DNA of 51,505 bases, counting the filler, from Streblomastix strix (taxonomy: Eukaryota), in the NCBI GenBank assembly GCA_008636045.1. It is 3 parts of 3 records of this genome, joined end to end, with 100 filler letters (N's around TTAATTAATTAA, not from the genome) between each part and the next. Parts side by side here need not be neighbours in the genome. Positions count along the whole stretch, not along the records: positions 17,207 to 34,307 come from SNRW01000725.1; positions 34,408 to 51,505 come from SNRW01000726.1; 1 more part is not named here. One strand, given 5' to 3'. Made by a program: the position numbers and the translations under genes. Positions 22,112 through 36,287 of the stretch are shown here, one piece after another. How positions within the stretch are numbered: position 1 is the first letter of the stretch; each line of letters begins with the position of its first letter. The notes below the pieces were generated by a model. That model saw nothing but the letters and a program-made list of their open reading frames with translations. It was not told where the DNA came from and ran no database searches.

Positions 22112-23828
22112 ATGCCACGAATAGCACTTGTAGGATGTACAAATGTTGGCAAATCATCAATAATCTTGCGGATTATTGGAAAAACTTGGGAACCGTAGCA
22201 CTTTCAGACTATGGAATCAGAAGGCATGAAATAATTTTTTGTTAACTTTTCTCTAAGGATAATTTTAACAGCATATATAATTAATTATGATTATTGCGGA
22301 GAAAAAATCCGACTTGAATTAGAAGATACTTAAGGATTTAATTCTACAGATTGAATTGAGCCATTACAAACCGAACATAATAATGAATAACTTGGTATTC
22401 CAATTTTTATTTATAGATTTATATATTCATCTTTGATTTAGTTGATGCTGAAAGACAAGCTTATATAGTTGTTTTTGATGTATGTGATCAAAATTCGTTT
22501 GATAAGGTAATTTAACTTCTACTTTTAGATTTAAATTTTCTTATAAAACTATTATTTTGGCTTATATTTGATATTTGCAGTGCGATGAAATACTTAAAAG
22601 AGTCTAATAAAGTTTCAAAGAAAAAGATTTAAAACCTATTATAGTTCTAGCTGCAAATAAAATAGGTTTATTTATCAATATTCTTCTTGAATTAGAGATC
22701 AATTTTCTAAATATTTATTTGTTTATTATTTATTTCATAGATGAAGAGTAGAATAGAATTATTGATGATGAAGAAGCACATGATTTAGCTTTAGAATATA
22801 GCACTAGGTTTATATTTTTTTATTTATTTTCCAACTTATAATTAAATTAATTATAGATATGCAAGGATTAGCGCAAAACAAAATGAAGGAATATAAGACG
22901 TATGTTGTTTTAATACTAATTATATATATTATTATATATCACACATATAAATATAATATAGCTTATTAATTCGACAATAGCATAAATTAATAACTAATAT
23001 CAGCCCTATTCAATTAAAGAGATGGGAAAGGTTTGAATAAACAAATTTAATAGAAAATTAACATTTTTTTACATATTCATTACTTTAAACAGTTTGGGAC
23101 AAAATAGTTTGAACCAATTCACTTTTAAATATCTGGGCTTTGTTATAGATGCAGTATGTGTAGTTGAATTATATAAATTAAATAATAATTCCTATTTTTA
23201 TTTATTATTCTTTTATTTATAAGATTTTTTTCATTTTTGGCGTAAAAGATTTGCAGTTCTTTGTGGTCGAAATCTATTTTTATTCAAATCATAAGATGTA
23301 TGTAAAATATTTATTATATTTCGTTAATTAATACTATTTTTTTTTAATTTTTAGGAAAGTTCGCCAACAAATGTTATTAATCTTCGTGGTTCTACCATTT
23401 CTCGTGACGATTCTTAGATATCACCAACGTTAAAAATAGAATCTCACATTCTTTAGACTCATCTTCCTCCAGACAAATCCAACTTCGCTGCATAACCTCA
23501 AGCACCAATTGTACAAGAATCTGAACAACCCACTTCATAGGATTCAGATTCTCCACTTACTCGTGCAACTAATAATTATCCAAATGAATAGATGTAATAC
23601 ACACCTACATTATCTTAGTAATCAATTACTACGCTTCTTCGTTTTGCTTCAATATAGGAGCTTGAGACATGGGAAGAAGAAATGAACCTAACTTAAACAA
23701 CACGTTCAATTACTCTTGATTATTTTATTCATTCAGTTCCTGAATCGATTGGATTTAAAACACCAGATGATCCTCCAAAAGGATTCTGCCAACTCAACCC
23801 TGATCATAAAGGATAGCGAATCTGGTGA
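22112..23828 (+). CDS. Ras-superfamily small GTPase fused to a C-terminal PH domain; about 9 short introns
   Basis: G1 GCTNVGKSS, G3 EDTQG, YIVVFDV, G4 ANKID, G5 ISAK across GT-AG introns. PH-like WRKRFAVLCGRNLFLFK, INLRGS, FASIQELETWEEEM. One in-frame TGA at 22352-22354 in my model. Confidence 0.8.
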
Positions 23829-24829
23829 ATTCTTATTTTATTTTGCATTTATAACCGGATTTGGCATTACTTTTAGAATAATTTTTTGTGATTTTTAAAT
23901 TATTAATACATTTATCAATAATTCTTAAAAAACATACATTTCTAAAATTTTACTCATGAATAATATTTAAACTCCATAAAGAGAAAAATATAAATTGTAC
24001 TATTAATATAATTAGTAAAAAATATACTAAACAATATACAGACTCAAAAATAAAATTTTTTACTTTTGTAAATTTTTTCTTTTTAAAATTTTTACATTTC
24101 AAATTAATCCACCATCGATTGGAATTTGATACTAACGCCAATCATCTTTAAATTGCAATGGTGTCTCAATAATAAAGTGATTTAAAGGGAATAGACAGTA
24201 ACAAATCATTAGCTACAAAGAAATAACATTATACATTTTGCTTTTATACAAGTTTTATTGTTTAATTTAAGGTTTACTTCAATATAACTTTTGATAATGA
24301 CTTAAAATATATTCATCATTTTAAAATTTTTAATCATCAAATAGTTGTTTTCATCTTTCTTAACAATTTGTCCTCTTTAAATAGTAGAAGTTGTATTAAA
24401 GAATTCATTAACTTAAATTTTATAGATAAATTTGAAAAAATTACAATATAATAATCTCTATGAATATTTGAAGTCCAGTGGCGATAGTTCCAATGACCGA
24501 GAAAAAATATTTTTCTTTTTATCTTCATACTCTCTACCTACCATACTACTATTCAGTGACTGTTTTCTAGTACCTTAGCTTTTTCACGATGTTTTTGACC
24601 TAATCCTCCACGATTCTAGCCAAAATGGTCATTCTAGACAAATAACCATATTTATCAACGATTCTAGCACATTTTTGTTATAATTTATACAATTTGTTCA
24701 AAATACTGGGAATCTATACAATTATTTGAAAATGGAAAGTTGTGGAAAATCAACGCTTAATATCAACGATTCTAACACATTTTTACCATTATTTAAACAC
24801 ATTGATTGAGATAAATTACTAAGAAACAA

Positions 24830-26188
24830 ATGCCAAAAGTGCTGACCAGGCAATAAATTTTATTCAATATTATTAAGATTTACTATTTTGTAGATACAAA
24901 TTAATCTGGTAATGATGCACTAAATATATAGCAATAAATCACACATCTAGCTAGAGCAAAGGAATTATTAAATTTATAGAGCTTCATCATACAACTCAAA
25001 ATATTTAAAACCAAACGAGAATAATAAATAGTATTGAATAATTTAGAGAAGGCAATTATTGGAGAAAAATCTATTGAATAATGATATGAAATTTATGTAT
25101 AAGAAGCTAGATAATATAATGTACCAAAACGTGGGAAAAGTGGTCGTTCTAAATTGATAAAATTAAAAGATGAGGATGAATATTAAGAGTAATTAAGTGA
25201 ATAGGAAAATGAAACAGTTAAGATTGTTAAATTTCCTTGGAAAACTAAAATGAAAGCATATGCTAAAATCAATAATGTAGAGCCATAAGAAATATAATAT
25301 AGAGTCCAAGACTATTAGATTAAACCATTGAAATAATTCCATCGGCCATATTTTAGTAATTAATTTGGTTCTTGGGAGATTGATCTTGTGTATGAACGAA
25401 ATAACAAAAATAGAGAAGTGAATTGTTTATTTGCAATTAATGTTAATACAAAATATTTGATAGTGTTTCCAATAATCAATAAATCAAAATCTCAAGTAAT
25501 TAATGCACTGAAAAAACTAATAAATTAATAGTATGTAACTAACATAAGAGGTGATGGAGAAAGATCCTTCAAAGGTAAGGATGTACAGTAATTCTTGAAG
25601 GAGTAAGGAATTTAGTGCTTTTTCACAGGATCTCCGTTCACATAGCACAATAGAATGGTTGATTCAGTTGTGAAGACTATTCGTAATGGATTTGGTACAA
25701 GCAGTAATGATTTTGCTGATCCTGAAAAATTATAACAGTTAGTCTATATCTATAACAAGACTCCACACATGGCATATGATAATAAATTCCCTCCTGAGGA
25801 AGTATAGTATAACTCAGATATTGAAGGGGCATTCATTAGAATGAAGGAACAAGAGTTAAATGATATAAAATAAAAAAAAACAAAAGGATTATTTAATTTT
25901 AAACAAGGTAATATATTGATGATTCATCTTGATTTATCAAAGATTGCTTTCTCTTACATGAAACGAAGAAGATAGTTCAATGAGCTTGCGGAATTCACAG
26001 AATATAGGAACGGTAATGTGATTTGTAAATTATTAAAATAATTCATATCATAACACTAAAAATTATCTATAGTTGAAGTGCCGATATACTACTACAAGAA
26101 AGTTAGTGAGAATATAGATTCATTACCATAAGTTTATTTATAAGAATTTGATATCTTCGGCGGCAACAACGTTGCTATAAATATTTGA
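24830..26188 (+). pseudogene. rve integrase (DD35D), copy 2
   Basis: WEIDLVY, IRGDGERSF, HNRMVDSVVKTIR. TGG-to-TGA nonsense change at 25082-25084 relative to copy 1. Confidence 0.9.
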
Positions 26189-26202
26189 AAAATAATAAAT
26201 GG

Positions 26203-29200
26203 TCAAACATAATGATAACTAGATGCATCAACATTCATAATCTAAGGAGCACTTAGATATGATTAACCTTTGGAATTATCGCTATCAATTACTATTATTT
26301 TATCAGCTACTCGTGTTAATGCAGACTTAGTTATTTTTTTCATTGACATCACACCATTTTTCAATTAAATTTAAGTAACTGGAACCGATACATTTGAATT
26401 ATTTTCAATACTATTAAAGTAATCATCTCTTGTCAGACCGCTATTCTTTTCATTAATTCCCTTCATTCTTATTACATCTTCAATCTCGCCGTCAATTGCA
26501 GAATAGCATTTGGGAGCTAAACAGATGATGCTTTCTCTCTATGATTCAATAGCACAGCCGAGTAGTTTCTTTTCTTCAGCAATTGCACATCTCTCCCAAG
26601 GTAACCACTCTTTATAATGCTCATCCCAGAATTCTTGATCCTTAATTGCAAGTTTGAATTACTATTTATATCCTTCAATAATTGAACCACTAATAGCTAC
26701 ATACATCGAGTCAATATCCATACAACAAAGTGAACACGATTCATATCAATACACTTGTACAGGAAGAAGTAAATGAAGCATAAATACCAGAATTTTGAAT
26801 TATCTTAAGTGAAAATATTTTCTTATAAGCATTTATGCGTAGAGAATGAATCTGGACTAATAGACACAAGATAACGGTCTTCACAAATCTTTCGTGTGTT
26901 AGTGAAACCTTTATTCAATTATTTTAGATATGTTTATTATTTATTGTAGATACCAATCTTATCAAATTTCTCATTATTCTAACCATCTGCACCATATGAA
27001 CTATTCACTATGTTTTTGAAATAAAGTTATTTAGCTTAATTACCCTCTCTCATTGCTTGATAACATTTCTCAGCCATTACTTCTACGAATGATTTGAACG
27101 CAGTATGTTTGGTGAATAATACTATCTCTTCAACATCATCGATAATGAAATGACAGTAATCTATTAGTAACCATAGGTAGTAGCTAGAGAATGACATATA
27201 TTCATCATGTGTAGATAGTAGAGAGGTTAATTTTGTAATTTATTTATTTACAGATATTCCTTATTTTTATATCTTTTCATAAGTAAATTTACCTACTGTT
27301 TTCTTATCTGTTTTATAAGTTCTCTTTCTCCAGATTGGTGGGAAGTTAATGTTATCATTAATATGGTTCTTATCGATGTGACCCTTAACTGATGCTATGA
27401 ATAACAACCCCTTTTCCTCTGAGAATCTATCTTCTGAGTTAATGATATTCATCATCTAATTTCGTTTAGTATCTTGATATTCTTAATTGTTAGTTTCACG
27501 AATTTTAATGTGTTTAATTACTCTTCCAGCGATGCACATCTTAACACCAGTATATGGGTTATTTTTATTATAAATTCAACAGAAAGCATTTGCATCTAAT
27601 GAGTTAAAATCAAGATCCAGAATATGTGTTATGATGTAATCAAAATCGTAAGCAGTCACATTGTTTTCTGCCTGATTATATTTTAATTTAATTATACGCG
27701 TTAAACCTTTGATGTTATATTAGTGGAATACTTATGATAATCCTCCTTGAATAGATTTGCGTAAAAACTAATAAACTTTTTCATCCTCAATTGTCATAGG
27801 TAGATTCTTAACAATAGCATACTTGTACATCTATATCACTAATTTTGCCATATCAGCGTCATTGTTTGATCTTGTAGAGTTATTTAGTTAGCAAGCTAGT
27901 TTACAGTTATCTTTTGTATGAGCAATGTTTTTGTCTATTCGTTCAAGAGTTGGCTTGTTTAGATTAGTGAACTTAGCGTTACAATAGCAGCATTTGTTTG
28001 GGATCATCTGATTGAAATAATCCATATCATTAGCGGTTACGTTATTCGTTGCATCTCTTTCTGCTTTGATATCCTGTTGCAAATATCCTTCAACTTTCTT
28101 ATTCCATTTTTCTGAATAAAATTTATATTCTTTATTACCTGTTTCTATATTGTAATCAACATTAATGTCGAAGCTTTCCCAAGTATAGTTATACTTAATT
28201 GAGTTAGCGATTTGAAATAGTGATATCTAAGATAGCGTATCAATACCTTACTACCAACATAAATCTATCATATTATTAATTGGAGCAAATATACACTCAA
28301 CATCACGAATATTATAGAACTCAAAATATGCCCATCTATCTTTAAATTTTCTGTTCCCATTTGTATCTAAACTAATGAAACCATTAGGTTGAGACGAAGT
28401 GAAATCATCAACTTATTCCTAATAATCTTTATCGCTAATATTTTTTCGACTAATTTAATTATAAAAATCATTATGAACAAACGGTTCAGTTGATGATAGG
28501 AACTAATTTACATTGCTAGTATTGAAGGATCAATGTGCAAACTTTCCTTAGGTAAGTTTAGTTCCATTTCCATATTTATGAACAAAATTATCTAGAGTAG
28601 TTGGAGGGATAAATGTAAGAACATCCTTGAACACTAGCTCAAACTAATAGTCAGTATGTCTAATTGTTACTTACTTCTGTTGTGTTGTTGACCCGAGATA
28701 AACGTTACTTTTAATTACAATTTTAGGATATTAAACTAGATATGGGAATATGATGTTAAAATCAAACTTCTTGGAGTTGAATCCAAAGATAGCTACTTGA
28801 TGAATATTTTATTAATGTTTTTATTATTCATTTTCATTATTAAATTTCACAACAGGTTCACACGCTAAATTCGCTCCATTAACTTAATTCGTTAGCTCCC
28901 ATAGTTGCTCTATGAATTTGTTTATGAAATCTTATGTTCGAATATTGATGTATTTTGATTATATTTTATTGCTAATTTATGTACCAATGACTATAGATAA
29001 TGATTGTAATTATGCGTAGATTTATTCATCATCTTAATTTTATTCTTCAACAGTTTCAGAATCAATGTACATGTAATTTTTTGTGGGTTGTAATATATCG
29101 TTTACTCCTTATTCTTAATCTTTGGGGATTAGCTTAGTCTTACCTATTGCGAATAGTTTTTGAATAGTTTTATTTGATTTGAGATATGGCATAAATGATT

Positions 29201-31213
29201 GTGCTAAAATATCAAGTTTTGGGTGTTTCAATTAGTCAGGACCTTTGCATAATTCTAGATGAGTCTTAAAGTCTCTATCAAAGTGAGCTCTAGACCTATT
29301 GAATAATTTTTAGTTGCACTTCTTGCATAAGTATCCACCTACTACTCGATCAATATCTTAGATGAACATTGCGTGAACTTATGGGTTCTCATCACCTTAT
29401 ATAGATAATGGAGCTAGTCAAATAGGAGTAGTTATCCACTCTTAGTCAACAACATATTCATAAGTTTTATTGAATTATTTTTCAGAGTGATCATATTCAT
29501 AAGTCATTACGTTTAGCTTGAAGCATTATTGGAATTTCTCTAGATCTGTATCTTAATTGAATCCATCAAAATCTTTTAACAATTATTTTTATTCTTTATT
29601 CAATCGTCCACCTTCCTTATGAACTTAGTCATTATACTGTAGGAACAATTCAATAGAATTAGCGATATGGGTTTTTGTTTAATTAATTTCAGGATGTAAT
29701 TAAAATGATGCAGCTATGAATCAGCTGAAATTATATTCACAATCAATTGATCTAGTGTAGTCATGCTCATTAAACCATTATACTTCAGGTCTTAATTTTG
29801 TTCCAAGCGGTAATTCATAAACAGTAATAACAAATGAATAAAGTGCTACTTTTCTATGGTTTGATTCTTAGTGAAGAGGATACTAATCTTCGTGGATCAT
29901 ATCATGGATTCTACCCTTGAATAGTTTTAGCGAAGAGTTATCTCGTATGATTATTGGGTAATTTTTATGAGAATTTTCTAATGATGATTTATAATAATGA
30001 TAGCTGAAGTCGTTTCTGATTCCCTTCTTGATATGAGTTGATTAAGTAGTTTACCAGATACTTCCAAAGTCTGCAGCTATCTTATAAATTTTATTTTTAT
30101 GTCATTCATGTACTTAAGCTAATTTGTCATCGAATTATTAAAGATGAGTAAATTTATTAAAGTAATATGTATGATAAGGCTCTTTATTTTAAATATTATT
30201 AGCCTATGCAGTTTTCTAAGATAACCCATTAAGATCAACCTCATTCTATTCACGGTATCGCTTTCTTGTTTCAATTAGTGTTTCATTAAATTTCTTCTAA
30301 TCATCTGGTGCAAAATACATAAATTCTTTAAGCTCATCAGCAACATTAGTGTTATATTCGTTAGTGAATTTGAAATCAGGCTCTTATAGTTGTTTATTTT
30401 TATAAACTTAAGTAGTGAATCAGTTAATTTTGCTTACCTTATTGTGTACTCTTCTTCAGTTAGTTTATTTTTATTTATGTCTGATAATCTTACGTCTCTA
30501 ACGCGCTTCATTTGTTTGAAGGTATTACTAAGATCTTTAACGAAATGAGATATTATTTTTCTTTCTTTATATCATTAATATTATCGTTATATTTTCCGAG
30601 CGGCATGAGTCAGATATATCTAGTCTAAATTATGTGCAAGCATTGCTCTTGTATTGATTAATTGTTTCTTACTGATTGGGTTCAAATCATTGATTTGTTA
30701 TTATTTTATTTCATTAATTTATTGCCCTTATTTATCCTTTAACTCTTGAAGTTATCTCTTTGCTTCATTGATTTACTAACGATTTCTCATAGACTTCTTG
30801 ACTAATTCTAAAGCTTTAACTCCTTTTAGTTATTCATCAGCATTATTCAATCGTGTTGTTTGCTCCTATAACTTTGTCACTTACTATCTAAGTTCAATTT
30901 ACTTATTAATTTCATCTAATTTCTCTGCGGCTAGTTTCAATTCTTATGTAGATTTTATTCTTTATTGTTATAATTATATTAACTCTTATTCATTATTCTC
31001 TTCATTATATTATTCATTTTTAGTTGCAACTGCATTGTGGACAAATTCATTTATCTTAGTAATATTACTCTTTAGTCCATTGTAACCTTATTCTTTGATT
31101 GTTTGTAGTAACAGTTATTCAAGTACTGGTTTTGATGATTTAGAATCACATTGAACATCAAGTTGATTGAGCATGTCACGAACTTCGGAAATTGGAAAAT
31201 ATTTTCTTTCCAT
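26203..31213 (-). pseudogene. Protein-primed PolB polyprotein, copy 2
   Basis: Colinear with 10726-15793. Frameshifts near 26728 and 30405, private TGAs, DTDS changed to DIDS, OTU-like Cys changed to Ser. Shares the TGA at 30572-30574 with copy 1. Confidence 0.9.
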
Positions 31214-31297
31214 TTTGTAATCTGATAAAAAGTTGTATTAATGATGGTAAAAAGTTGTTTATAATGATTGAATCAAATATTTTTACAGCTTCAAAAT

Positions 31298-32232
31298 ATG
31301 CCGCAATTAAACAAGTACTAACTAGAAATATTATAAAATTTATCAAAATTAACATTACCTGAAGAAGTTAGAATGTTCATGTTAGAGAACCCAAATCTTG
31401 ATTAAATTAAATCGTTCATTATTAGCAAATATATCAGTTTCCCAACTTATCTGATTGTTCGTAGACATGATAGATTGTATTTAGATACTTTATAAAAGAA
31501 TCGATAAAAATACACTTAAAATATAAATGATACTTTAATAGACCCAGCAAATTTATTATCTGACCAAATAAATCCATTAGTGAAGTCTTCAATTCCAAGA
31601 TAGATTTATCCTATATATCAGACTGCTGATGATATTGGATAGCAAAATGAATAAAAAAGTGAATATTTAAGTGATTAATTGAGCAATAAAAATACCATTA
31701 AATCTTCTATAAATAAATTTATGATTAATCATTATTCATAATAAGATAACAAAAATAATCAATCCACATCAGGTGTATAAACTGGTAATATTATTCAGGG
31801 ATTATTCGAAAGAGAAATAGGGTAAAAATTAGAAGCAATATGTGATGCGCTATGTGAATATAATGAAATTGAATCAAGTATTGATCACAATAAATGCTAG
31901 GAACTTCGTGAAATTTATTAAATAAATATACCAAAGGATGAGTAGCAATAGATAAATAATGTTATTAAATTAATTGATTCAAGTTTACTTAGAAATTGTA
32001 TTCGAAAAATCTATGGTTTGGTTATTGCAATGATATAAAATTAAACAATTCAAAATAGTAAACCTAAGATATCAGATCATGATAAATTTGTGGAATAGCT
32101 TAGAAAATAAAATGAAATACTTTGAAATCACCAGACGAAATTATGTTGCACTTATTTGGAGATAATTATCAAAAAGCTAATTAATAATCACATTTTCAAC
32201 GATCTGATTTATTTTATTATTTTTAGAATTGA
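31298..32232 (+). pseudogene. Orphan ORF3, copy 2
   Basis: Starts MPQLNKYQLEILQNLSKLT; homologous to 15910-16854; 1-bp deletion near 32122. Confidence 0.75.
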
Positions 32233-34307
32233 AGCGCTTTTGGCATTTGTTTCTTAGTAATTTATTAGTATCAATATATATAAATAAAGGTAAAAATGTG
32301 TTAGAATCATTGATATTAAGCATTAATTTCCACAATTATCCATTTTAAAATAATCGTTGAGATTCCCAGTATTCTGAACAAATTGAATAAATTATGATAA
32401 AAATGAGCTAGAATCGTTGATAAATAAGGTTAACTGTCTTGAGTGACCATTTTGGCTAGAATCGTGGAGAATTCGATCTGAACTATCGGGAAAAAGCTAA
32501 GGTACTGGATAAACACCATCGTATAGTAGTCACATGTAATATTTATATAATAATAATATAGGTATTACGTTCATTCCCATAATCTTTTTAGTGTAGGAGG
32601 GAGTGAATCTTCGATACAGGTTCTTAGCATAGATACTATATGCGTGATTCAATGTTTCTGAAAAAAAATCATTAATTTTATATAAGAATTTATAAATTAA
32701 ATTATATTTATTAATCCAGACAATATTAAAATCACTTGCTGCCTTCAGTTTAGACATAAACAGACGATGAGGTAAAATTTTGCTAATCATTGGCTATGGT
32801 CCCTAGCGAACTCGCACCATTTGCATAATTTTTCTCGTAGAACTCTGGTTGGGTTTTGGGATCCGATTCGGTCTATATTCGGGTTGCATTTTCAAAATAT
32901 TAGATTTTGATTATTATACACATGTTAGGATCAGGAACGGAGGTTCCAAATTTACCGGAATTGGAGTTTTTGGCTTTATAGAAATGAAATTTAAAATCAT
33001 TTTTTAGAAAAAAGATTTCAAGTTTATATTTAATGGTTCAATTAATGATAAAATATAACAAAAATTAATATTATATTTATTATGTACTGTTTATTTATGT
33101 AAGATTGCATAAGTATGTGCAGATTGTGTTTTCATAAAATTCCCGTTATTTCAGTATTCCACTTCAGCTACAGTACGAACCATCTATTTTTATATATAGA
33201 ACATATTATATATCAATTTATTAATATTTATACAATTTAATAATGCATTTATATATACAAAACACGCATAATGAAATAAAAATAATAAAACTGTGATTTA
33301 CCACATCGTTGAGTTCATGGATTGTATTTCACTTCAAAAACACAATATAAACATATTTTTGCACATTATTATTTATTTTATTCTTATTTATGCTTACCTT
33401 TATTACTTTTAATTAAATGTATAGGTTAAATTTATTAAATATTATTCATTTAGGGAGAGTTAATACATATAAATACGAAAGATTCTCCTCAAAATGGAAT
33501 GTTTGAAAATTCAAGTTCACGTGTTTCACTTGAGGTTTATATCATATAATAAATTATTTATATTATATTTATATTCTATTTATTATAAATAGGTAGATAT
33601 GAATTTTCACACCTTAATATAATTTATAGGTGATATTGAATAAAAGTACTTTGTAAAAGATATTCCATAGTCAATTAAAATCTATATATATGATTAATTA
33701 ATAAATTTAAATATTTAATTAATAAATATTAAATTAAAACTTTATACTATTTATATATAATTGCTTAATTCATTTTTATTCGTAGACCTACTTTTCAGAA
33801 CCAGGGGCAGCATTTTGGCCGACGAAATTCGAGGCTATTTCTTCTCCAACAGCTGTTCAAGGTGATGGTTCATTAGTTTTGTAATGGGGGAAATTTTGAA
33901 TCAATATGAATAGTTCATGATTCATTTTGATATATTTACACTCTATAGAAATTTATTATTGAATTATACATTAGTTTTTAAAGTTTTTTAATTTTGAGGT
34001 TTAGGTTGTGAATAAAATTAGTATAGGTAACTCAAATTGCTTATTAAAATTATTATTTCTGAATTATTATTTATTTATTATTAAAATTATATGCATACAT
34101 AATTAATAAAGGTATTTATGGAACAGGGGGTTATGGTTCAGGTTCTGGCTCTTCTACTCTAATTTCTTCCTATTTATTAAGCTATTTATAACCTTTTATT
34201 TTTTGCTTATATTTCTCTACCTATTTTATTGCGTCTTAATGTTATTATTTTATAAATGAGTTTTCCGTTCTCAATCGTATCAGTTCTTCCAAATCGAGCT
34301 ACGGATT

Positions 34308-34407
34308 NNNNNNNNNNNNNNNNNNNNNNNNNNNNNNNNNNNNNNNNNNNNTTAATTAATTAANNNNNNNNNNNNNNNNNNNNNNNNNNNNNNNNNNNNN
34401 NNNNNNN
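34308..34407. other. Artificial contig linker
   Basis: 44 N + TTAATTAATTAA + 44 N. Confidence 0.98.
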
Positions 34408-34408
34408 A

Positions 34409-34717
34409 TTTATACTCAATCCTATTCAATTAATCTTTGGCACAAGTTCTTATACATACTTGACCTTCTATTTTTGATAACTTATAACCGTCCATTTTAT
34501 ATAATTTATTTAGTTTTTACGTTGTTAGTTTAGATAATTATTATTAATTTTGGAAAATAAATTATTTAAAATCGTTTAAGCTCTCAAAATATTTATATCC
34601 GTCAGTCTAACCTTCGACCCCCTCCTCGAATGGTATTTCTTCCTATTCATCTTATTCTATTTATAATTTTGAAGTAAATTAATTGTTTTTTCTATTGTCG
34701 AACAAGATTCTTTCCAT
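34409..34717 (-). CDS. Hypothetical viral protein, 3'-truncated by contig end
   Basis: Open frame MERILFDNRKNNQFTSKLQIEQDEQEEIPFEEG... running to the contig edge. Confidence 0.5.
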
Positions 34718-34723
34718 TTAATT

Positions 34724-35623
34724 TCAGCAAAAATAAAATAAATAATTTCTTTCATTTGTCTTCCATTTTGTGCTTTATAAAACTATGACTTCATCCATTA
34801 GTTCAGGTTTAAAAATGTATCTGCACTTATGAAACTTTATTTAATCTCCAAACATTTCATATAATTAATCTTTTATTTCATAAATTTTGGACATACTTAT
34901 TGGTATTTTTTCATAGAATAATAAACTATCCTTCAATACTTTCGTTATTCTTTTATTGGTGCAATATTTATTTCTACGTCTAATAATAAGGACTGTGATG
35001 TCGTTCTCATCACCGTTTTCTACTTTAACAGCAAATATATAATCTGTTTAATAACCATCAGGAACAGCGCGCGTTTCCAATTATTTATTTTCATTTTCTT
35101 TCAAAAAAATTTATTCTTTTAATTAATTTATTTATGCTCATCGTTCTTCCATATCTCTATCAAATGTTATAGAAGCTTATTCGGCCATACTAGTCGAATC
35201 ATCTAGTTAATGCTCCAAATAAATTCTTTCATCGAGTAAATCCGTAATTTTATTCACATGAAGCAGATATTTTATTGATGTTTTCATACAAATAATGTTT
35301 ATTAATTCTTTATGAATGTTTGTTCCTCTCACGTCATTACCATAATTATTTATCAATTTGTAGTCCTGAACCTGCTGGAACGTTTTCGTCCCAGCAACTC
35401 TATCATTCAAATATTGTTTTTATTCTCGATACATAGTTGATTATGTAATTGTCTTTAAGTGCTTGTTTGTATGTTCGCGTTCATTGATTAAATGTACTAA
35501 CTTTATTGCATTAACATATCCATCTTTTTCACGAATTATAATTTCAAACATCATATAAGTGCCAAGAGTGAAAGATTCATTGTTTGATGTAGTTTATTGA
35601 GTTGCTGCTGTTTGTTCCTCCAT
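34724..35623 (-). pseudogene. KilA-N domain protein (internal TGA at 35138-35140)
   Basis: GTYMMFEIIIREKDGYVNAIKL and VRGTNIHKELINII...TSIKYLLHV match the KilA-N pattern (IRxxDGYINATKL; GTYVHxxL). Frame continues past the TGA. Confidence 0.8.
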
Positions 35624-35765
35624 TTCATAGCGGATAAAAGTTAGATTTAAATAAAAATAAAAAGATTAATTTTCTAGGGGGCATTTTCCCCCCATAGCGC
35701 GACCTGATGATTTGAACAAAAATATACACGTCAATTCGTCGGGCTAATTCAGCCCAGCAACTTTT

Positions 35766-36149
35766 TCAGTATTCAAGCATCAACTCAAGAACAAATTTTA
35801 ATTAATTTTAATTTCTATCCAATAATTCTTAATTTTAATGGAACTATATATATAAATATCTGTTGTGGATATATTGTATGAAGGGCTTATAAACTCGTTA
35901 TTCATTGCAATAGACTACAAACTAATCGAAATATTGTTCTTCCTAAACCATCGAACTATAAACGCTTATATCCGAGTTAGTGGCTGCATTTGTACAATGA
36001 CATTAGCAGAATATATATTTTTTTTAAATATCAGAATTTATAAACGCATAAGGTAATGCAAAACCAACTCCATTCTAACCGTTTTCTCCGAATACAACTC
36101 CATCATTTTATGTTAAAGTATAATATTTTAAGTTTTATGCTGATGTCAT
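35766..36149 (-). CDS. 127-aa beta-rich protein downstream of MCP; candidate minor capsid-like protein
   Basis: Intact frame MTSAQNLKYYTLTQND...LPYAFINS...FDQFVVYCNE...KFVLELMLEY*. Function inferred only from position and composition. Confidence 0.5.
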
Positions 36150-36287
36150 ATTTGAAGCCAATTATTTTAAAAATAAATAAAAATAATTAATGTGTTTATA
36201 ACTAAGGACCTATTTAATTAACTATATTATTAATGTTTAGGTGTTAGTTATATATATAAATAAAAAAATAAAAAATATTCAATTATT

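Larger units (their letters stand above)
24545..32530. mobile_element. Compact 7986-bp Polinton-like element, copy 2 (both ends present, decayed)
   Basis: ACTACTA...TAGTAGT termini. TIRs 24545-24843 and 32233-32530 align over ~298 bp with many mismatches. Same three-gene layout as copy 1. Confidence 0.93.

Noticed and set aside
24539..24544. Target-site duplication for element copy 2
   Set aside because: Left flank TACCAT vs right flank CACATG share only CAT; no clean 5-6-bp TSD can be claimed.
25082..25084. General TGA=Trp reassignment suggested by TGG-to-TGA changes in copy 2
   Set aside because: Copy 2 also has TGAs at Gly and Leu positions plus frameshifts, and intact genes end in TGA; consistent with decay.
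32531..34307. Possible host exons flanking element copy 2 (also 23950-24540)
   Set aside because: Exon-like patches and splice-like signals are present, but I could not build a coherent gene model or recognise a product.
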